Positions 33,130-45,013 of a stretch of 64,000 nucleotides of DNA are shown piece by piece. Each line of letters starts with the position of its first letter. The first letter of the stretch is position 1. The notes under the pieces were generated by a model. That model ran no database searches and was not told the origin of the DNA. It saw only the letters and a list, made by a program, of their open reading frames with translations. Position numbers and translations under genes: made by a program. The stretch is taken from positions 2,480,001-2,544,000 of the forward strand of contig OX337242.1 of assembly GCA_946965045.2 (NCBI GenBank), written 5' to 3'. The DNA comes from Epithemia pelagica. Its lineage: Eukaryota > Protista > Bacillariophyta.

Positions 33130-33473
33130 CTTTTCCAACCCAACTGTTTTGTTTCCTTTTATGAAGAAGCCTACCGTTCCGATGAAAACGATGAGGGTGA
33201 TCATAGCTAATACTAGGAGACACTGCTTTACTGAGGAGCGTCCATCCAATGACAACCTGGATCGTGACGACGATAGACCGAGAGCTAAGCAAACCTAAAT
33301 ACGATTACTTTAGAGCCACGCAACGCAGATGAATTTCAGTGCGTCTTGAGAGGAGGGCAATGTATCACGTTGTTGGAACATCACGAGAAGGGAGACTTCC
33401 CCCTGATAAAGCGTTGAAATCGTACATGTGGTTACAGACCATGTATGAGTTTTCACTGTTACGTTCTTAGGTG

Positions 33474-34820
33474 TTATTTGAGCAACCCTTGGGGTCGATT
33501 GGTCATTTTGTCAATAATCTTTTCCACGACATCGGCCGCTCTCATGGATTGCGTAAAACAATCCGACAAATCTCCAGTGTCGTCATGGAAGTAAATGACA
33601 ATGGAATGATCGACCAAATAGTCCTCCTCGGTTTCATCGGCCTTGCTGACGTAAACGCGATATTTCTTGGCCATGTCTTGGACTTGAGCTGGCGTCCCTG
33701 TCAGCATGATGTAATCGGGGTGAAAATCACGAGCATATTCCTTGAGGGCTCGCAGGGAATCTCGTGCCGGGTCCACAGACACAAAGACGGGTACGATTTG
33801 TTGATACAAATTTGGATGCTTTGCCTTGAGGGTATCCATGACTTGTCCCACCTTGTTCATTTCGGACGGACAAATGTCCGGACAGCGAGCGAATCCAAAA
33901 TACAGAAGGACCCATTTTCCAACAAAGGATTGTTCAGTTACCAAATTGCCTTCCAAATCAACCAAGGACCATGATCCTCCAATTGCAGGCTTTCCAGCTG
34001 TTTCATACAAACAAAACAAAACAGCAGAGAGTGTGTTAGACGTATGCATCGAAATTCATCTTGTACCAAAATGGTCTCAATTGCAACATCATTGTTGTAC
34101 GTTAGACAAACGACCGTCTTCGTAGATCAAGTCAATCACACAAACAAGGGGAAGAGGTAAGATTACCCATAGCAATGCAAGCAAGTAGAGGCAAGCCCAT
34201 CAGTTGCGTACTATAGGCCCACTTACAAATAGTTACGTACCGGCCGTCCATCCATCGTCTTTGGGGAACCATCCGTAGCGAGTGGGAACAAAGACACGTT
34301 TGGCCATATTGGGTGTGGGTGCCCAACCCTTTTCGCCATTTTCAAACTCACTCGAAACAACCTTGCCCAAAGCCCGCTCCAATCGTTTTTCCCGTTCGAT
34401 ACGGTAATATGCCACAGCAGAAGCAGCCGTGACACCAACCACAAATAGCATGGTCCAACTGACTGGACTCTTGTTCTCGGCAAAGGTACCATCGACGGCG
34501 TTTACATCACCCGGTCGACCAGTTCCGGCAAACGATGGAATGACACGAGGTGCTTTCTTCGTTGGTGAGGTAGAGACTCCTGGAAGAATACGAGGAGCAG
34601 GAGGACGTCCACCGGCACTCTTCCAGGCAGGTTTGGAAGATGTGACCAGATATCGCGAAGCCGCAGAAGACTGTTGTGAGCATGAGCCTGGTGGTGTTCT
34701 TATTCGGCATGTTGATGAGATGCGAGATGACAAGTTATGGCCAGTACACACACACGGCCTGGTTCTCCATGTTGGTTGATGTGGTCGCCACATCATTGCG
34801 AAGGGACGCAACGACGCCAT
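33474..34820 (-). CDS. SCO1: Mitochondrial copper chaperone SCO1/SenC; join(34820..34241,33997..33474)
   Basis: IGGSWSLVD, LYFGFARCPDICP (CxxxC), FVSVDPARD, YLVDHS; TM helix in exon 1; GT-AG intron 34240-33998 restores the frame. Confidence 0.9.
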
Positions 34821-35111
34821 TGTTGTTTGAATTGGCACAGCGAAAGGAAACGAAAGGAATAGGATGACTGACGGTGTGCCTCTTGTGCTGCCTTTTACAA
34901 ACCCTAGGTCGAGAAAATTCAAAGTAGTACCAGAGACGGTGGATAAAGGACAATGCAGCGCTTCTGGAACGAATTGCCAATACGAATACAAGGTAATCGA
35001 TCTTCACCGATGGACGACCATGGACATGGAGCGATCTTCCAATTCCAAAATCCACAGAGCGAAAACAGGGTGTGACTCTGCGTGACGACCGTCCGTCACA
35101 CGACACGTCAC

Positions 35112-35381
35112 AATCTATCTTGCCTATGATGGGTGGAATACGCACAGAGCCTACTTAGATGTTGCACCAAGCCCTAATGATAATGATGTGGAAAGAGCCT
35201 ATCGGTCGAGTCTAACATCTAGGAGTAACACAACACAGTCGATACGTTAATCTTTCTTGCCTATGATGGGTGGAATACGCACAGAGCCTACTTAGATGTT
35301 GCACCAAGCCCTAATGATGTGGAAAGAGCCTATCGGTCGAGTCTAACATCTAGAAGTAACACAACACAGTCGATACGTTAA
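35112..35381. repeat. Intergenic tandem duplication of about 131-137 bp
   Basis: Two near-identical units differing by a 6-bp taatga indel and about 2 substitutions. Confidence 0.9.
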
Positions 35382-35718
35382 AACAATGTGTATACAAGGT
35401 AGATTCATTTCAAATGTATCGCACACCCCCTTGGTGTGCGGCCCAAGCAACGCCGAAGCAATGTGGGACTTTCAATCATGCAAGCTATCGCAGCATGGCC
35501 CAGCGAATGAAGAATCTACATCGTGGGATTTGATGATAAACTATACAGCGCTCTCCACAATGAGAGTGGCCCAACGAGCAAAAGAACTCGGGGACTTCTA
35601 TATACAGAAAGAAACGCCCCCAAAAGGGCGGCCCAACAAGACAGAGTCTTGGGGACTTGAAACACTCGACAGGTCGAGCGGCCCAACAAGAATACAATAC
35701 GAAAGTATTCTTGGGGAC

Positions 35719-36902
35719 TTAAAGATTGAGCAATTCCGCCAAGGGGTCCGCAGGGAATTGCGAAGCCACGATTGCGGGTTGCATGGGATGGCAGCGACAG
35801 CAATGACAGCCGTTACAAGCCTTGGTATTGGCAGAAACCTGGGCCGTTTCTCTGATCGGCGTGGGTTCGAAATCTTCCGGGTTCAACGCTTCTCCCACCA
35901 AGTGGAAGGGTGAACCTTCAAAGAACGCCAACAATTCCGAAGAATCATCATGAGACAGAGACGTCGACAAGTCATCAGACACAACCGACACTGCACTACT
36001 TGGTTCCACCATGGCCGGAGTCATGTTCATGGAGGTACTCACTGAGGGCGTAACAGATCCAGTCATATTATTCGGAGAGGAGAAGTTCGCCATGATCAAA
36101 GGAGGAGGACTGGGAAGGGGAGCCGGAACAAAAATGTTGCGTCCCACCATATTGGATCCAAGTACAGCCGCGGAAGATGGAGAAATGGGATTGGAAGGCA
36201 GCAACGGAGTTGTAAAGGGACGAGCGGCCAAAAAGGACGCGGCAGCCGCGGCTACAACAGCAGCTTGTTGGTTTCGGTCCATGAGCTCTTGAGGAACGGT
36301 AGGTTCAAAATGATTCTTCCACGCAGGGTGGTAAAAGTCATAATCTTCCACAGCCATGGACTTGGTAGCATCTTCACTAACGGCCTTGTTCTTGATTTTG
36401 CAACGAATCATGTTGCGGACCAAGGAACGGTGGCCTCGGACAAAGCACAAGTGGAAGTAAGCACCTTTGTCCTTCCCATGAGCAAACCGAGAAAAGCCAT
36501 AAATGTTCAATTGGCGTTGAAAGGAAGCGTACTTCGATTGATTAAAGAATCTGCAAACGAGAAAAGAATCAAAACAGCAAAAATAAGAAAATTTCAAACC
36601 GTAACGCAAAAGAGTTTCCAGTTTTCAACGTACCGCGGCATGACCAATTCGACAAACTTCTTGGGTTGGTACACAGTGAAGGAACGACCGTGAGGTTGCC
36701 AGCTTACAATGTGTTCCAAGCCTTCTTTTTCTACCGCATCCAAGCATTCGTGCAAACGCCACGGGAAGGGACAAGATACACCACCCTTGGCAATGGATTC
36801 GCCGTTCGAGTCCGCCACCAGGCGGTCCAGATTGTACCGGGGCAGACTCTGGAGTTCCATTGCCGAGGTCGTCGTTGATGATGATGATGATTGTTGGGTC
36901 AT
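35719..36902 (-). CDS. HSF: Heat-shock-factor-type transcription factor; join(36902..36634,36550..35719)
   Basis: PFPWRLHECL..IVSWQPHGRSF..MPR|FFNQSKYASFQRQLNIYGF..YFH..F.RG is the HSF DNA-binding domain; 83-nt GT-AG intron. Confidence 0.9.
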
Positions 36903-37580
36903 CTGGAAGATGTATTCACAGCTGTATCGTTGAGATTCTTGGTAGATACGATGCCGGTGATACGGTGGTGCCCTTGTCCCTTGTCTTGGAATGGCAAGTC
37001 AATTGTTGGGTGAGAAATTTTTTTATGTGCTGCTTCATGGACGACACCCAAAAACCACGGACCAGAACGTCGGTGTTCCACAGCACACTCCATTCTACGT
37101 TGATCATAGTACAAAATCTACAGGAAGGTCAATGCGAACGAGGTCCTTGCCTCCGTCGCTGGTTTACGGCAATGATTGGCCAGTGGACATGTCGTACGAC
37201 ATCCAAAGCTCATATGCTTCTTCCAGTATAGGACCAATCTGTAGAAAACCGGTCGGTATGTCAATATATCTACTTATGTAACCTTACAATCTGATCGTAC
37301 ATGGTCCAAGATCAACGATCAAGATTCAGCTATGGACTTAACTGTACAATCCTCAACCTGCATCTGTGAGATTCAGAAGGCTTAGGAAATCAGGTTTCAG
37401 GTGGAACTCGCGTCCTTGATCCACTGACCAATCAAAACGATTAAGATATCTCATTGAGCGCTCCTGTGGGAAATCTCTATCTAGCTGATGATAGGAAGGT
37501 ACTTTTCAGTCGATAATACGCGTATCGAAGAAGTCTAGATATTTCCCTTTCAGATTCACGTACGTGTTATGACATAACAA

Positions 37581-37990
37581 CAGGGTTGTGAAGTACGCAC
37601 ACTAGCACCATCTACTTGCAGTCCATACTTTAAGTATGGTTCAGCCTGTACAATGTACTTGCTTACTACTACTTTAAGTACATCTAATTATTGTCCGTAT
37701 TTAATTTCATAAACTTATTCAGTTTTACGTCACTCTACATTAATGTATGTACTCTACTTTTGATTAGTACATGTTTCATTAGAGCTCTACTTACTTGACT
37801 TAGCCTAAGTACATCTACCAGACACATGTCAGGTACTTACATTACCGTAAGTACATTTGCACGATACCATTCACCTTCCTTACTTTCTACAAGTCAAGTA
37901 CCCTTATACATCACGTCTATGTACTTACAGACAATCATAAGTACATACTTTGAAGTACCCAAGTACATACTTTAAGTCGTTACTTTCCAC
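37581..37990. repeat. Subterminal repeat array (AAGTAC x8, GTACTT x3) of the putative hAT end
   Basis: Counted in ~400 bp of AT-rich non-coding DNA. Confidence 0.7.
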
Positions 37991-38363
37991 TTATCAGTAG
38001 ACTCGCCATTACAATAGCAGCATTCTGTGTATATTATTTTCAGCCAAAACGCTCAATCCCACCTCTTTGGCACTGCCCGCTCTCCAAAAAACGGGCTCGC
38101 GCTTTTAAGTATCTGCCTCACCCCAAAAACCTATTTCTCATGCTGACATTCTCTAGGACGAAAGGTATTTAGATATTATGTCACAATTTCTGTCCAAATT
38201 CGTATCCGGTTTCCACGCTCGGAACCACAACATCCATTCCATCCAAGCATGCTAATCGTTACCTCCAATGGCGAAGTGAAACAAGAATTGACAAACCCAA
38301 CAATCCAACCACGGCTCATCTGCCCATTGATATCGGAGAGAAAGAACTCACGGGTAACCAACG

Positions 38364-39254
38364 ATGTCAGACCGTCCACCTGAATATGAGTGGACTCTCG
38401 CCCTTCATCAGACTCCGCACTACGACGTCAACATCCAGGACAACCTGCGCATCGGATCGTTCGTGTACCTTTCTCACAAGACGAAAGGATCAAGGACACA
38501 CTACAATGTTGCTCGACTCGAAGAACGCCAACGTGATGAAGATGATGAAGCAATGGAATCAATTGTTGTCCGATGCCGTTTATTCTACCCCTTGTTTGAA
38601 TCACCACCAAACCAGACCAACCCAACCCCACCGTCGCACTCCTTTCGTCCAATCACCCATGGCCCTGGTAGCGAAAACACTGAACTATACGAATCAGCAG
38701 ATTTATGCTGGCTCAAGTTCATGAGCAAGACATCAGGACCTCAGTGCATCCATCCTTCTTTTGTTTTCACTCCGAAGGAACTGGAACACCCCAAGAATGC
38801 TTGGGCTGCAAGTATTTTCAACGTCTACATTGTTCGATATTGGGAGAACAAGGACTGCGACAAACGAGAACTGGTTCCCCTTCCTGATGATGCGCATATG
38901 GGTTTTATCAACGACCACCCGAAGTTCAAACCCAAACCCAATACATTTAAGCCACAGCGTTGCCTACATGAAGCCATTTGGAATGGCCTCTATACAATCA
39001 GAAAGAGCATTCACAAATTACTCAACAAACGCTCAGGACAGGGATCTGACAGAGAAGTGGTTTCCTTGAACATTGGTTGCGTTGCAATGGAGAGTATTCA
39101 GTACATCTCTCAAGTCGCCAACACATTGATTACCCTGAATACTCACCCCATTTCACTGTCCGAGTCCTTCTTTCATTTGGACTCTTCCCTATCACAATCA
39201 AAGGTACGAATTCTAATACACGCTCATGCATGTGAACCACTTCATTCCTCATAA
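38364..39254 (+). CDS. Cargo ORF with a BAH-like domain (probably one gene with 39294..39986)
   Basis: IGSFVYL..YNVARL..VRCRLF..ELYES..CIHPSFVF resembles the BAH beta-sandwich. A GTACG donor-like site at 39204 has no confirmed in-phase acceptor. Confidence 0.5.
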   Translation: MSDRPPEYEWTLALHQTPHYDVNIQDNLRIGSFVYLSHKTKGSRTHYNVARLEERQRDEDDEAMESIVVRCRLFYPLFESPPNQTNPTPPSHSFRPITHGPGSENTELYESADLCWLKFMSKTSGPQCIHPSFVFTPKELEHPKNAWAASIFNVYIVRYWENKDCDKRELVPLPDDAHMGFINDHPKFKPKPNTFKPQRCLHEAIWNGLYTIRKSIHKLLNKRSGQGSDREVVSLNIGCVAMESIQYISQVANTLITLNTHPISLSESFFHLDSSLSQSKVRILIHAHACEPLHSS

Positions 39255-39293
39255 CAACACTCACACCATTCCATTGTCTAAATCCTCCTTCCA

Positions 39294-39986
39294 TTGCAAC
39301 AAGTGAAAATTTCTTGCCATGGCGGTGTTCTTTGTTTCAAGACCCAATCCGAATTGAATGTCCTCCGCATGATATTGGGACCCAGTGCGACGTACGGATC
39401 GTCCGAACGACGTCCTAAACTCGACGATGGCAGGACAGGACTGGTGCTACGACGCGAGCAAAACCTCACAGTTGTTGCTGGTGCTCAAGATTCCAACCCC
39501 CACGAATCCGACGAAACATCGGAACCTCCATTCAAGCGCCGGATTGTGGACCAACGCGTCGATTTCATATTTTCACCTTATAATGTTCGTCTTACCATTT
39601 CGTACGAGCGTTATCAATATTCCGTGAGCCGTGATGGCAATCTCAAACACCTCCCTCTATGCCCCAATTTGGAAAAGATACTCCAAGGACAGTCTCAAAA
39701 CGATTCGGCAAGTGAAAGTGACTTCTCCCTGTCATCTATCGACACGAACTTAAAGCCACCTTCGTACACAAAGGCTGTGTCAAAGATCCACATTGGCGAT
39801 CAGTACATGTACAAGGGAGAAAGTGTCATGGAAGTCTCTTCCATCACCCGCCAGGAAACTGATGTCAAATTTGACTGTCGATGTGTTGGTGGAGTGGGGT
39901 TCAATCGTAAATCCCCAAAAGAGTCACTGGTTATCCAACGAACTGACGCTGAAGAGTTACTCAAAGACATCCTTTCATTTGCTTAA
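39294..39986 (+). CDS. Downstream part/exon of the BAH-like cargo gene, unknown domain
   Basis: 230-codon ORF on the same strand, 39 bp after the preceding ORF; its stop is 39 bp from the transposase stop. Confidence 0.5.
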   Translation: MQQVKISCHGGVLCFKTQSELNVLRMILGPSATYGSSERRPKLDDGRTGLVLRREQNLTVVAGAQDSNPHESDETSEPPFKRRIVDQRVDFIFSPYNVRLTISYERYQYSVSRDGNLKHLPLCPNLEKILQGQSQNDSASESDFSLSSIDTNLKPPSYTKAVSKIHIGDQYMYKGESVMEVSSITRQETDVKFDCRCVGGVGFNRKSPKESLVIQRTDAEELLKDILSFA

Positions 39987-40025
39987 CATTCCATTATCAG
40001 TAGTTTACATTCGATACTTATCATC

Positions 40026-43000
40026 CTATGTTTCACACTCATCTTCTGCAACTAGTTCGTCTTCATCATCATCATTCATAGTACCCAAAGACGCGTCGTC
40101 GTCCTCCTCGTCATCGTCACTGTCATCGTAGTAGTCCTCGTCATCGTCATCGTCACTATCCTCATCTTCCTCAGGGTCTACAACAAGTGATGTCCCATGT
40201 GTCATCTGCTCTACATCGTCAATTGGTGTCCATGTACCAGGTTCAAAAAAATCCCAGTCATCGAGATCTATAATATCTGCCAATTTTTCTACCGATTGTT
40301 CGTCTGATTTGTTTTCCTCTCTTGGCTGTTCCGCACCTCCATTGCTAGCTCCATTGTCCGTTGGTGACTGTCCAGCAGTAACAGTGACTTCCATTGATTG
40401 TCCGGCACCTCCATTCTCATCTCTTGACTGCTCAGCACCTCCATTCTCATTCGTCGACTGCTCAGCACCTCCATTCTCATTCGTCGACTGCTCAGCACCT
40501 CCATTCTCATCTCTTGACTGCTCAGCACCTCCATTCTCAATCGTCGACTGCTCAGCACCTCCATTCTCATCTCTTGACTGCCCGGCTCCTCCACTTTCAT
40601 TCCCTGTCTGTTGACCACCTCCATCGTCTTGTATACCCGGAATTCTGCGACAAAATTCCATTGTACCCTTATTCTTTGCAACCCAGGTTTTCCTTGCCAG
40701 CGCATTTTCCTCGCTGCAATTTGCATTACCTTCTGTTATATCACTGTATTCGTATCGACACATGAAAACCATGCGTCGTTGCAACCATCTCGCCATTGGT
40801 TCTAGTCTGGACCTCCTACCCTTTCCCCTATTTGTACTACCACCCCTTTGTGTTCTGGAAAAATAGAACGTCTTAAATAAACTATTGAATGCTGTAACAG
40901 TGTAGGTGAGTAACCATTTTCAACAAACAAGAGAACCTCTTTCGCTTTCGCAGGCTACTACTTACCTTCCCACCCCTGTTGAGCGTGGGATGACAGGTTG
41001 CGCCAGTGGATCAGGTATTCCATTACGTGACCACTACCTATCAAGTGTGCGTAGTTGGTTATCCCATTCTCACCACACAAATCCACCCAAGTTGCAAAAA
41101 ACTCATCCGCCTTGCGCTGATAGTCAAAAATCTCACTGTCTGTCATGTTGGTTTTCTTGTTAAGTCGTTCCATGGAAATGACATAGTCGGCTACACACTG
41201 CTTCCACTTGACTCGTTTCTCTGGGTTTGCGATACATATATCTACCAGTTCATCAAACTTGGGCAACATTCTTCGGATGCGGACGTTGTCCATAGTGATG
41301 GTTCCAAGTTTACGCTTCTTCTTCTCATACGGTGCTTTCCACTGCGTCGGCATATCACTCGTTCCCAATATGGACTGGTTCATACATTTTTGGACTCGCT
41401 TGATGAAGTGGTTACATCTCTTTATTTCTGAATTGTCATATTCTTCAGGCATCCAATCGAACTCTTTGACCTTTGCACTTGCCAGACCGTGTCGCAAACA
41501 CATGGTAAGAATCTTGATTCCCATGCGATTCTCCATATGGAGAATGCATGGGACCGTGTCCATCATATAGACAATTGCGGTAGCAGTCTTGGACTGCTTA
41601 TAATCATCTAACACCTTCTTTGCTTGGTAGTAAATCCACTCTTTGACATGGTGGGCCTTGAGTCGTCGTTGTCGTTGCTCTAGTGTACCATGCACATCTA
41701 GTTCTCTAACCACCAGATCATTGGTTATGAACCTCGCATATTCCAGACGCTTGGCAACATCGGCTTTGCCTAGATCAAAATGGATGGACTTGATGTTCCC
41801 CTTCTGAACTTTGGTTGGGTCCATCCTGGGGTCCTCTTGCATAATCAACTCGGAATCACCCCATATATCAGTTAGACTCTCGTAGATGCTAGGCATCTCC
41901 TTGACGAAGTGGTCCACTTCCTTTTGTAGACTGTTTACATGAGCCCTTGTACACATCTTGTGATGTCTACATACCCAGTTTGTTTTTCTGGAATGTCCTA
42001 GTTGCGAGCACAGGCTGCAGTCTTCGACACGTCCTGTGGGGAGATGGAGTTCTCCACTTCGTACAGTACATTTCGAACAAGGGAAGTTAACTTGTTGAGC
42101 GGCCCCACCACGCCCAAGTAGCTTCCACTCGCAACTCATATCGCAATTAGTGCATATTTTGAGCGGCCATACTCCGAATTTCGTGGGAAGTACTTTTACG
42201 GCAGCTTCACCGATCTCTTCGATCATGTTCCGAAAGATCGATCGCACTAAGCCCTTGCTCTCTGGACGACAAACACACACAACCGGAAAACAACTGTTAC
42301 GTGATTGGGCAAGAGGGTTGGACATGTCGTTGAACTTCAGCCCTCCCAGTGTATGGCTTAAGTTTTTAGTGAAAAGAGCGCCGTCCAAACGCTGTGCCAA
42401 CTGGATGGGCCGCCAACGAGCGTCTCCGTACAGACAATTGCCTGCCACTAATATTCCTGCCATAACATCGGCTGCCCGGAAGGCAAATCCTTCCGACCCA
42501 TCAGTCTTGTGCCGGAAAAGTCGGTAGGGGCAGAGAAGACTCCCAAACTTCTCGACTTCTTTGGCTACATCCTGGATACAAGAACTACTTGGGATAAGTG
42601 TGTGTGTATTAGCAACTCCATTGCTTTCCACTTGTCGTAGGACTTCAATGCCGCCAAGGTTTAGGACGCCACCTGCGAGATCCATTTTCCGTAGAATGTT
42701 AAACAGTGTGAAGACGTAATCGCGTACATATTTACGAAATACACCATATGCATTCTCGAACATGAGCCCATTGTGTATGGATTTGTCAAGGCACAGTTGT
42801 GCCACGTCTCGGAAGAATTCTCCTGCTGCTCTACTCGTGTCATCCATCCTACTGGTCCTTGATACGAGGATTTCTCGGATATGTGACACCAGTTTTTCAC
42901 AGTCCTTTATGTCGTAGCAAGAGGCGGGGAGATCAATCTCTTTGCTCGTCGCTTTTGTTTCCGCGTCTTTATCCCTCCAATACCGAAGGTCATCTGATCT

Positions 43001-44245
43001 ATTCTTCAGCTTTCTTCTACAATCGGTCAAATCGTCGGTTACTTTCTTCAGGGACTTGCGATAGTCAGACACAGCTTGATGTGCTTGTAGCAGATCCTGT
43101 TCCAAACAATGGATCTGATTGTGGAGACGTGTGATTTCTTCGTTGTCTTCTTGTGTCGAATCCATGTTGGCAGATTCGTCAGCGTTATCTAGAGTTTCAT
43201 TACTACTAAGGTACGTCCTATTTCTTGTCTCTTCAGTTGTTGATGAGTCGCCTTGCTCATCTCTGGACTGCTGACTCTCTGCATTTTCAAATGGGGGCAG
43301 GTCATCTAATTCTTCATTGTCGACATCAAATGACTCGGCTTCATCGACTGCATGGTCTCGAGAATCATGAGCATAAAAGCTGTAATGGCTGAGGGGGTCC
43401 TGGAAAAGAGGTAAGTTTAACAGAAACTGTGGAGTTTCTTTCTTGTTTGCAGCGTCGTTGTATTTGTCTTCATCAATCTCACTAATGAGGTCGTCATCGT
43501 CTTGAGGAACATTCCCTTGGGTTGGGTTCTTAGTTTCATCCTTGCCTTGTGGATGCTGGTACAGAATGCTTTCGAGAGTGGATGATGGAGGTGGAGGTTT
43601 GATCCTTGATCGTTTCCTCCTCTGTCGTTTCTTGCGTTTGCGAGTCGTTCTCAGGGACTTGTCGCCATTGCATGGTCGACAAAACAAATCAATTGGCGGT
43701 GGTTTTGGAGAGTTCTTCTTCTTTGGGTCGATGTATGTGGGATGCCAGAAATTTGTGTGCTTGGATCTACAGGTGTATCGACCGCCTATTGCCTTGCGGT
43801 TTATCTTGTGAGAAGGACGGAAACCAGACTCGTCGTCTGCCTTTTTGCATCGGCTACAGAAGGTGTATCCTGGGTAGCGTTCCTCGCGGTCTCTGCCATA
43901 AACAGAGCAGGGGACATGGTCTTCGTCCATAAAATCAAGAACAATCTGGGCAATCCGCTTTCTCTCAACAGAGTTTTTTTCACATGTGATATTCGATTCT
44001 TTGCGTCGGGTCCTTGTCTGTTTGTTGGGAGATGGAAGGAGCTTCTGGGCTTCCTCCGCTTCGCGTTTTGCCAGTTCGGCGAGAATTTCTTCTTCCGTCT
44101 TGAACCTGCTATCCTTGGCACCTCCATCGTTGGAATCTGATGCCGTCTCTTTTTCTCGAAGGCGACGAGACTTCCGAGAACCTTCAGTGGAAGCGGTGGG
44201 TTGCCTCTTCTTTGCGTAGTTCTTCGGGGGCTTCTGTTTTGGCAT
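40026..44245 (-). CDS. RAG1-core/Transib-like DDE transposase (~1380 aa); join(44245..40966,40891..40026)
   Basis: RLDGA (D), NCDMS (D), PCSKC, PCILH..R, NYAHLIGSGH and QQGWE|AFN (E) parallel RAG1 D600/D708/C727,C730/H937,H942/E962. A 74-nt GTAAGT..CAG intron fuses the two ORFs in frame. Confidence 0.82.
40405..40590. repeat. 30-bp tandem repeat (about 6 units) encoding NGGAEQS(R/T)(D/N/I)E in the transposase tail
   Basis: Period-30 units starting ccattctca at 40411, 40441, 40471, 40501, 40531 and 40561. Confidence 0.9.
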
Positions 44246-45013
44246 TCTACGAGGATAGGATAAGTAATAATACAAGTATTACTCGACTCAAATGGCGCTG
44301 TCCTCATTGTTTCATCGTCGACTTCTCTCGGTTGGAGTTCGTACTTCCGATGACTCAACTACGATTGAAAGGCGATTAGGTTGTTATATGTTATTCATTG
44401 ATGTATATAAATTAATGCTGTAGAGGTGTGCACGTGTGAGTGGGTGTGCTGTGCTCGCATTTTTTCCCCAAAATTTTGTTTGTGTGTGAAAGGTGCCAAT
44501 TGGACCCGTTGTATCTCGACGAATATTACCTACTTTTGTCATCGGACAGAAACGTAACATTGTGTTGTATTTAAAGTGTCTTGGACCGTTGGCCGATGAC
44601 AAAGTTAGTGGGTACTGCATTGGCAGTTTAGAACCAAAATCAGATGGTCGTTGGGAATGAAATTTTGGTGGTTATATTTAACAAAGGATGAGCCACTGTT
44701 TGGGTCATAGTTGGTGGGGGTTTCTGATATGACATCTTGGTGGATCTTGGACGTTGGGGTCTCGCCACGCGCGCACAATATGCACAGAATGCTGCTATTG
44801 AGAGGTCCGCAGAAACAAGGACAGCAGACAGACTAATCCTTAACCTTAACGTACCAACTCCACCGCCTGTCACACCTTTGTACACGCCTGTCACACCGTG
44901 TACACGCCTAAGTAATCGTCAAAGAAATAACCGTTCTCTTTCAAATCTGAAAGTCTTCAGATCGGCATTGGAAGATATTTCGCTATTGCATTCAATTCAT
45001 TGAGTATCTAGCC

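Larger units (their letters stand above)
38012..44800 (-). mobile_element. RAG1/Transib-like DNA transposon, 6789 bp, 24-bp TIRs starting CAATAGC, TSD at most 1 bp
   Basis: CAATAGCAGCATTCTGTG(T/C)ATATT at 38012-38035 and inverted at 44777-44800. Removing it restores the MULE TIR with one extra A. Confidence 0.88.

Noticed and set aside
38012-38052. RSS-like heptamer-23-nonamer in the RAG1-like TIR (AGCCAAAAC at 38042)
   Set aside because: Weak match with no counterpart at the other end; likely chance.
40405-40590. 30-bp periodic repeats (and the 63/78-bp repeats at 55088-55366) as a CRISPR-like array
   Set aside because: No unique spacers; the units are in-frame coding repeats in a eukaryotic genome.
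44834-44850. TAACCTTAAC as an interstitial telomere-like repeat
   Set aside because: Fewer than two full units, and it is part of the MULE TIR.
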